A DNA stretch of 64,000 nt from Thermoanaerobaculia bacterium (GTDB lineage: Bacteria > Acidobacteriota > Thermoanaerobaculia > Multivoradales > Multivoraceae): positions 4,896,001 to 4,960,000 of the forward strand of contig OY761158.1 of the NCBI GenBank assembly GCA_963664405.1. The letters run 5' to 3'. The position numbers and the translations under genes are program-made. The number at the start of each line of letters is the position of its first letter. Position 1 is the stretch's first letter. The notes under the pieces were generated by a model. That model was given only the letters and a program-made list of their open reading frames with translations. It did no database searches and had not been told where the DNA came from. Below are positions 57,784 to 64,000 of this stretch, piece after piece.

Positions 57784-58242
57784 GTGGACACGGTCCATGA
57801 CTTCGAGGATCTGCTCGAGATCTTCGCAAAATTTGAGGTTCGGTACCTCATCATTGGTGGATTGGCCTTCATCTACCACGCAAAGCCGCGGTACACGAAG
57901 GACCTGGATCTCTGGGTCGACCCCGAGCCGGTGAATGTGGGACGGGCCAATGAGGCTCTAGCTGCCTTCGGTAGCCCGCATCTGCTCGACGCTCGAAAAA
58001 TCGACGAGATCCTCCAATTGGGAGTCGCGCCGAACCGCATCGACCTGCTACGCAACCCCGAGGGTCCGACCTTCGACGAGGCCTGGCGGCGCCGAGTTGA
58101 AGGCACCTACGGGCGCGCAGCCACGCACTGGATCGACCTGGACAGCCTGATCGACATCAAAAGCCGGATCGATCACCCGCGCCACCAAGAAGACGCACGC
58201 GTTCTGCGGCTGGTGCGCGATCGCAAGACCCGCGACGAGTGA
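57784..58242 (+). CDS. Nucleotidyltransferase (DUF6036-like)
   Basis: YLIIGGLA..H..PRYTKDLDLWV, RIDLL and LIDIK....RH.ED. Confidence 0.85.
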   Translation: MDTVHDFEDLLEIFAKFEVRYLIIGGLAFIYHAKPRYTKDLDLWVDPEPVNVGRANEALAAFGSPHLLDARKIDEILQLGVAPNRIDLLRNPEGPTFDEAWRRRVEGTYGRAATHWIDLDSLIDIKSRIDHPRHQEDARVLRLVRDRKTRDE

Positions 58243-58277
58243 CCGCACCGAGGCCAGCGCCGGAGGGTAGCCAGAGG

Positions 58278-59345
58278 TCAGGGCCCTTGCAACGCGGGAA
58301 GCACCTCCTTGGCCGCCAGTGCGATCGCGTCGACGCCCTCCTCTGTCTGCATGATCGTGAAATTGGTCGCCAGGAAGAGCTTGTCCAGGCCGAGCGAGGC
58401 AAGGCCCTGCAGTCTCTCGATGCAGCGCTCCGGTGTGCCGACGATCGAGAAGCGATCGATGAACTCCGGCGTCAGCGTTTCGGCTTGGCGGGAGCCGCTC
58501 CGGGTATGCATCTTCATGTCGTAGACGCTGTGGAGTGTCTTGAGTGCTTCTTGGGTCTGACTGGATGCGGGTCCGGTGACCTTGCCGTGCAGGATCGAGA
58601 AGCGGGCGAAGGTCGTCAGGCCGGCCTTGACCAGCTCCCGCGCGATCTCGATGCGCGGGTGGCACACGCAGTTCACATAGACGCCGAAGGCGACTCCTTC
58701 CGGATCCAGACCGGCATCGGCACGGGCCGTCTTCGCGACCTCGATACCCCAAGCGATCCGCTCCTCGTCTGCCCCGAGCGCGAACATCAGCCGATCTGCG
58801 TGGACGGCGGAAAGGGCAATCATCCGGGGTCCACTGACCGCGACCTCGACGGGAACCTTGCGCCCGCCTTGCAGCCACTGTATACGGCTTTCAGGGGCCG
58901 CATCGGCAAGATGAAGCTCGTCGACCGGCGCTGCCGCCGATACCTCGATCTCATCGAAGGGAATAGCTTCGCCCCTCAGGTAGGCCTGCAGGTGTCGAAG
59001 ATAGGTTTCGAACTGTGCGACGCGCGCCGGAGCGCGGCCGACGTCCGCGAGCGCGGAGTCGCCACGGCCGATGCCAAGCACCGCGCGCCCGTCGGAGATC
59101 CGGTCGACGCTTGCGATCGCCGTCGCGGTTGCCGCCGCCATGCGGGTTACCGAGTTGGTCACTGCCGTCGCCAGCTTGATGCGTTCGGTCACTGTCGCTG
59201 CCATCGTCAGGGCGATGTAGGTGTCCCCCGATCGATTCTGGGAGTCGACGACCCCCAACCCATCCCATCCCTGCGCTTCGGCGATCCGTGCTCCATCGGC
59301 AATGGCGCGCGGAGCCGCGGTCAGATGCGTCCAGACTTCCACCAT
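58278..59345 (-). CDS. LLM-class flavin-dependent oxidoreductase (Mer-like)
   Basis: AEAQGWD..V.DSQ, AVTN.VTR, SDGRAVLGIGRGDS and VAVSGPR. Confidence 0.88.
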   Translation of the reverse strand: MVEVWTHLTAAPRAIADGARIAEAQGWDGLGVVDSQNRSGDTYIALTMAATVTERIKLATAVTNSVTRMAAATATAIASVDRISDGRAVLGIGRGDSALADVGRAPARVAQFETYLRHLQAYLRGEAIPFDEIEVSAAAPVDELHLADAAPESRIQWLQGGRKVPVEVAVSGPRMIALSAVHADRLMFALGADEERIAWGIEVAKTARADAGLDPEGVAFGVYVNCVCHPRIEIARELVKAGLTTFARFSILHGKVTGPASSQTQEALKTLHSVYDMKMHTRSGSRQAETLTPEFIDRFSIVGTPERCIERLQGLASLGLDKLFLATNFTIMQTEEGVDAIALAAKEVLPALQGP

Positions 59346-59412
59346 AACGTCTTACAACTCCCTTTCAAGAGACCAAATTCATGAGGCGCTTCTAGGGCCA
59401 CCCGCTTTGTGC

Positions 59413-61206
59413 CTATCGCGGTATCAACCAAATTGGCGACGAGAAGGCGCGCTCCTGGAGCGTTGTGTCGAGGCCGGGTCGAGGCGGCGTACCCGCACGC
59501 ATTGCGTCCCACATGGACCAGCGGCAGGTTGGATTCTCCAAGGCGCGCACGTAGTAGAAGGCACGTTGCCCGCGGTCGAACTCGGGATCGGTCCAAAGTG
59601 TCTTGAGCTGCGCCGCGCCGACGTCGGCGCTGACACTGCAATCGGCGAGATTAACCTCGGCGCCGTTGTCGGGGCAGCGATGGGTTTTGGGATCGACCTC
59701 GAGATCGTCCGAGCAGGCGACATCATAGACCCGCTCCTTCGCCTCGCCGTCCTCGATCCAGCCCTTGATCACCTGCACACGCTGGAGCCTTGCGGACTCA
59801 GGGTCCTGCACCGCCCAGACGAGAAACCGCGGCGCGCCACGCCGCCGGGCTGGGAGGTCGGCGCCCATCGGCACACCGTGCTCGTAGGCCTTGGCCACCA
59901 GATCGCTGCTCTCCGGCGCATCGTCGCGGAAGTCGTAGCTGGCGAAGAAACGCACTCGGATGCGCGGTCCTGTGGTGGCGAAGGTCTCTTTGCGCCGGAA
60001 CGCGTCGTAGATCGATTCCCGGGTGTTTTCGTCGGCCCACACCCCCGCCAGACCGGACGCGCCGAAGTAGGGCACACTACCCCGGCTCTGCACGGGCTCC
60101 TCCCAGGTCTTGGCACCCCCCGGAGGCACCGACCCGCGCCGCTCCGGAGTCCCATCGTTGAGCCCGAGCTTGCTGAAGTATTTCGACTCCTTGTACGAGG
60201 CGCCAGCATCGTGGGTGTCGCTGGCGCCGATCATCCCGAAGCGGTAGGGGTTGAAGCCCTCCTTTTCCTCGAGCGCGAGACCGGTCAGGTAGGCGTCGCG
60301 CACAAAGCCGCCTTGGAGATCCTCGAGCTCGGTCGACAGCGGCAGCAGCTCGAAGTCGGCCCATTCGTCGTTGGCGGAGAGCACGGGGTGTGTCTCGGAG
60401 GTGCCCTTGACCTGCGTCATCTCGACCAGTGGCTCATTGCGCATCCGCAGCCGGGCGTACGCCGCGTCGAGGGGCTCCCCCGCGTGCCTCTGCCGCGCAA
60501 ACTTCCTGCCCTCGCTCTGGTTCGAGTTGTGGGGGATGGCGAGCGCCTCGATACCCTGCTCGCGGAGGCCATCGAGCCAAGCCCAGAGATCCTCGGGATT
60601 GAGCGAGTCGACTCGAGTGAAGGGGAGCTCTGGCGCTTTGGCGCCGCGGAAGATGACGTTGCGATGCAGATTCCCGCCCTCGGGGTGGTTGGACGTGTAC
60701 TCATAGGCGACGAAGGTCGTCAGCTTGCCCGGCTCGTAGTTGCGCTCCGCCGACGCGATGGTCTCCTGCCATGCCGAGCGCGACGCCGCCGGGTCGAGAT
60801 GACGGCTGAGAAACTCGGCGGCAGGGCGGAGGTCGGAGCCTCCCCCGAGGAGGGTCCCACGGTCCGAATCGATAAAGCGACGGGCTTCGGGATCGTTCTG
60901 CAGGGGATGTCCAGGGTCGTCCATCGCCGAGAACACGCCGAGAAACATGCCGTGGTCGGTGACAGCGTAGAAATCGAGCGGGCGAGAGAGTTGGATCTCG
61001 AAGCCGATGGGATGTTTGATCGCCTCCCCACGGGCATAGGAATAGGCGACGTCGGGTGACGCGCGGGTACCGAAGGTGAAGGCGTCGAACGAAAAGCCGG
61101 TATGGATGTGCAGATCGCCGAAATAAGCGTTCCGCTCCGCACCCGCGGCGTAAGTGGCAGTCAATGCGCCGACCGTCAGCGCGGCAATGCGATGGACTCT
61201 TGTCAT
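59413..61206 (-). CDS. DUF3604 (PHP-like) secreted protein
   Basis: YFGDLHIHT..SFD, LDFYAVTDH, NLHRNVIF, IPHNSN.S.G, DTH, YYVRALENPTCRWS and QERAFSSPIW. Confidence 0.9.
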   Translation of the reverse strand: MTRVHRIAALTVGALTATYAAGAERNAYFGDLHIHTGFSFDAFTFGTRASPDVAYSYARGEAIKHPIGFEIQLSRPLDFYAVTDHGMFLGVFSAMDDPGHPLQNDPEARRFIDSDRGTLLGGGSDLRPAAEFLSRHLDPAASRSAWQETIASAERNYEPGKLTTFVAYEYTSNHPEGGNLHRNVIFRGAKAPELPFTRVDSLNPEDLWAWLDGLREQGIEALAIPHNSNQSEGRKFARQRHAGEPLDAAYARLRMRNEPLVEMTQVKGTSETHPVLSANDEWADFELLPLSTELEDLQGGFVRDAYLTGLALEEKEGFNPYRFGMIGASDTHDAGASYKESKYFSKLGLNDGTPERRGSVPPGGAKTWEEPVQSRGSVPYFGASGLAGVWADENTRESIYDAFRRKETFATTGPRIRVRFFASYDFRDDAPESSDLVAKAYEHGVPMGADLPARRRGAPRFLVWAVQDPESARLQRVQVIKGWIEDGEAKERVYDVACSDDLEVDPKTHRCPDNGAEVNLADCSVSADVGAAQLKTLWTDPEFDRGQRAFYYVRALENPTCRWSMWDAMRAGTPPRPGLDTTLQERAFSSPIWLIPR

Positions 61207-61415
61207 CGACTTCCCTCTCACTGGCTACTCGGCGATGCTCGAAAACCGAATTTGGCACACATGCGAACGGGGGCCCATGGATTGGATCTCATGGCTACTC
61301 CTGGCTGTTCCGTTTTGAACGTTTCGTGGTGAACTGTCAATGCGACAGTCTGATTCTCGGCTTTGCTGTGAACTGAGGTGCCGAAAGGCCGGAACCTGAT
61401 CTGAAGCTCTTCGCG

Positions 61416-62534
61416 TCAGCGAGACGCGTTCTGCTTCCCTTTTAGAACGTCCTGCTCCAGGATCCGGGCCCCGCGCAAGATGTTGCCGAGGGAGTAGTTG
61501 CCTTCGTGGCAGGCATACTCGAAGACTCTCTGCTCGCTCGCCTTCCACACGTACTCACCTGTCCAGGGCGTCTCCCAGACCGTGTCGTCTTCCATGGTGA
61601 AGCCGTAGAGCACATTGCCGTCCTCGAGGCGGGTGAAACGCTCGACGACGTGCAGGTTTCCGGAGCCTCCTCTAGTCGCCGCCCCGCTACTAGCCGCAGG
61701 GTTGAAGTTGGTGCTGTCGACCACCAGAGTGTCGCCTTCCCACCAGCCGATCGAGTCGCCGAGCCAGGTCGTCTCGGAGGCCGGTAGGTGCTCTACGGCG
61801 CGCCCCTCCGACTTCATGCGCACGATTCGAGCGTCGTGCACCATTTCGATCAGGATCATCACGTGATCTTCGGTCTGCACGATTCGCTTGAAGTTGTTGT
61901 ATTCGCTGGGAAAGCTCGGTGTGGCTCCGGAGAACCCGAGCATGCAGCGCTCAGCGAGGTTGCGGAGCTCGACGTTGTCGTAAGGGCCACTGCCGTCTCC
62001 CTTCTCGAGCCACCAGGCCGTCCCGTCGTTTTCACGAACAAAGCCTAAGTCTGCGAATTTTTCCGCTTGGGCCGCTCTCCCCGCCGCTGTCATCGGCGGC
62101 ACCTGGCCGTTCTTCGGATCGATGATGATCGATGTCCGAAACCTGCCGCCGACGTCGAAGGCTTCGGTTCCGGGATCGACCCAGAAGCGGTTGTAGCCCC
62201 CCACATTGCCGCCGGGGCCGCGTGAGCCGTCGCCACCCTCGCGCGGCGCCCCGCGATCCGGATTGCTCGACGCCAAGCTTTTCTCCATGCGAAGCCTCTG
62301 ATTTTCGGCGATCTTGTCCGCCTGTTCTTTTGTTAGATACAGATTGTCGCCGTACGCTTTGGGTCTCACCAGCGGTGTGAGGGTCGCGGCGTCGTAGGTG
62401 CCGGTGAGATCCGGTCGACCGGAGGCTGTTCTCGGGATCTTGTCTTCGGCCGGTAGCGCCGTCGTTAATGACAGCGCCAGAGCAGTGACGAGGACGACAC
62501 TAAGAAGTCTCTTGATCGATCGAGATGACAGCAT
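61416..62534 (-). CDS. Secreted 'YACHEGNY' family protein (copy 3)
   Basis: RBS AAGGAG and signal peptide; inverted near-duplicate of 47606-48724. Confidence 0.88.
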   Translation of the reverse strand: MLSSRSIKRLLSVVLVTALALSLTTALPAEDKIPRTASGRPDLTGTYDAATLTPLVRPKAYGDNLYLTKEQADKIAENQRLRMEKSLASSNPDRGAPREGGDGSRGPGGNVGGYNRFWVDPGTEAFDVGGRFRTSIIIDPKNGQVPPMTAAGRAAQAEKFADLGFVRENDGTAWWLEKGDGSGPYDNVELRNLAERCMLGFSGATPSFPSEYNNFKRIVQTEDHVMILIEMVHDARIVRMKSEGRAVEHLPASETTWLGDSIGWWEGDTLVVDSTNFNPAASSGAATRGGSGNLHVVERFTRLEDGNVLYGFTMEDDTVWETPWTGEYVWKASEQRVFEYACHEGNYSLGNILRGARILEQDVLKGKQNASR

Positions 62535-62678
62535 GGGTTTCTCCTTGTCGAGCGAACGTCGCCGTCTCTTAGAGCGCTTAGTCGGCGGTTCTCGGGTTCA
62601 GGTTTTACCGGGCACAGGGTAGCAAGCGGTTCGCTACTTTGGACTGACCCAAATCGGTGATGACAGCGCAGGCCACGT

Positions 62679-63266
62679 CCCAAACGTCGTCGGCACCAAA
62701 ACGGCCATCGCCATCGTCAATAAAGTCCTGTGATGCATATCGATTCGTCCTCGGTAGCTGGGCGATACCACCAGGCTAGTAGTTGACACTCGTAGTGTCA
62801 ATACATATTCTTGATCCATGACGATCAGCACGTCCCTCCCGGGTCGTTTCGCTATGGCTTTGGTGCCGATCGGCACCCCGTCGGTGTAGTGTGCTTGGCG
62901 CGTTCCCAGCGGAGCGGCGATCCTTGCGAGGAGGGGGACTGTGGACTTCGGTCGGCGGGCGGCAGATCGCCAGCGGGCGAAGCGTTCCGAGTAGCGGCCG
63001 GGTGGGGTCAGGGCGCTTGCAACACCGGAAGCACCTCCTTGGCCGCCAGTGCGATCGCGTCGACGCCCGCCTCCGTGCGCATGAGGTTGAAGTTGAGCGC
63101 CAGGAAGAGCTTGTCCAGGCCTTCGCATCGCCGATGGAATTGGAATCCCCCTCGGCGAAGAGCTCGATCTTCGCTCGGCGGACCTTCGACAGGAGATCGG
63201 GATCAACGAGTTTGCTAGTGCCGAGGGGCGCGGCAGTAGCGGGCCACTGCGGTCCCCTTAGGGTCG
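62679..63266. other. Mosaic of gene and promoter remnants homologous to four loci elsewhere in the window
   Basis: 62679-62835 ~ 5070-5240 (inverted); 62965-63000 ~ 46593-46628; 63006-63121 ~ 58276-58391; 63122-63266 = 57324-57468. Confidence 0.85.
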
Positions 63267-64000
63267 GCGCGGAAATAAGTTTCCAGTATCTGGGGTGACC
63301 ATACCACTGCCCCCTTCTTCAGCCACCGCATAATCCTCCGGTACGCGCCTTGTTTGCAAGGTTTAGAGCTAGCATAGCCCTGCCCGCATTTGGTATAGTT
63401 TCCCCTGTCACCTCTTTTGGAAGGGGAACTATACCAAATGGTACGAGCCGAAGATCGTGATGCAACAGTGCGCGAGCTCTTGATGAGCGAACAGATGGCC
63501 ACCATGGATGAGCTCAAGGACGCCATGGGAACCCGAGCCACCATGACGGTCTACCGTTCGCTGTCTCGATTGGGCTATTTGGCCAGCTACTCGGATCGAG
63601 GGCGGTTCTATACCTTGAACGAGATTCCCGATTTCGACGATCTGGGTTTGTGGTCGTGCGGTTCGGCGAGGTTCAGTCGGCATGGCAGCCTCCTCGAAAC
63701 TGCGGTGGCTGCCGTGGACCGGTCCGCTGCCGGCTATACGGCTTCTGAACTCGAGCTCCTGCTGCAGGTCGAGGTCAAGCACGCGATGTTGCACCTCGTT
63801 CGTCGCAAGAGAATCGTACGATCCAGAGTTGGGAAGAGGTTCGTATACTTGTGCTCGGAAACAGGGCGCCGTCGTCAGCAGAAGCTGATGCGCAACGAAC
63901 GGCAGGCTCTCCAGGATGTAGCTGCCAGCCTCGTTCCAGAAGTGCTCCCCGAGGAGCTCAGGGCTGCCATCGTTTTATTCTTCAGCCTGCTAGACGAACG
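63267..64000 (+). mobile_element. Probable ISAzo13-like element; ORF from ATG 63438 runs off the window end
   Basis: Not in the ORF track. MVRAEDRDATVRELL...GYLASYSDRGRFYTL..IPDFDDLGLW...FSRHGSL...AAIVLFFSLLDER. The LDER motif resembles the start of ISAzo13 transposases (recalled). Composition shifts at ~63267 (GCGCGGAAATAAGT); the catalytic domain is not visible. Confidence 0.6.

Noticed and set aside
59221-61059. Long antisense ORFs (612 aa here; also 6862-8247, 32753-34045, 41951-43393, 52445-53899)
   Set aside because: Shadow frames opposite well-supported genes, expected from high-GC codon bias; no motifs.
61300-61410. Riboswitch or sigma54 promoter upstream of DUF3604
   Set aside because: Only short hairpins (ACTGTC-N5-GACAGT; GCC-GAAA-GGC) are present; no full aptamer consensus or correct -24/-12 spacing.
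1-64000. Integron cassette array or CRISPR array explaining the gene patchwork
   Set aside because: Genes lie on both strands, and I saw no integrase, recurring attC-like sites or regularly spaced repeats.

Overview
GC-rich bacterial window, probably from an Acidobacteriota of the Thermoanaerobaculia type. That call is inferred from a recurring ~110-aa C-terminal 'GYFWFF...KVLDAC...DTxAFxTC' domain and the mix of gene families. There is no rRNA, tRNA or CRISPR array. Most of the window is an accessory patchwork of secreted or catabolic enzymes: 3 sulfatases, several alpha/beta hydrolases, MBL-fold hydrolases, 2 LLM oxidoreductases, a haloalkane dehalogenase, a PhyH dioxygenase, an AldO-like oxidase and DUF3604. 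These are interspersed with 2 toxin-antitoxin pairs plus a third TA-like pair, an IS6, an ISAzo13-like element, two copies of a MITE and many short scraps of other genes. The best candidate for an undescribed system is a tightly coupled 9-gene envelope operon at 20.5-31.0 kb. It encodes a lipoprotein, a secreted protein, a membrane Ser/Thr kinase, a PEGA + Cys-less FGE-fold protein, a small secreted peptide, a MotA/TolQ/ExbB channel, a degenerate Hsp70-ATPase-domain/FHA fusion, and two TM(Asp)-coiled-coil-vWA proteins that look like the missing MotB/ExbD partners. Two probable selenoproteins with SECIS-like hairpins are split by the ORF track: a UxxC redoxin and a CxxU AhpD-like protein. All family calls come from motif recognition by eye; no searches were run.
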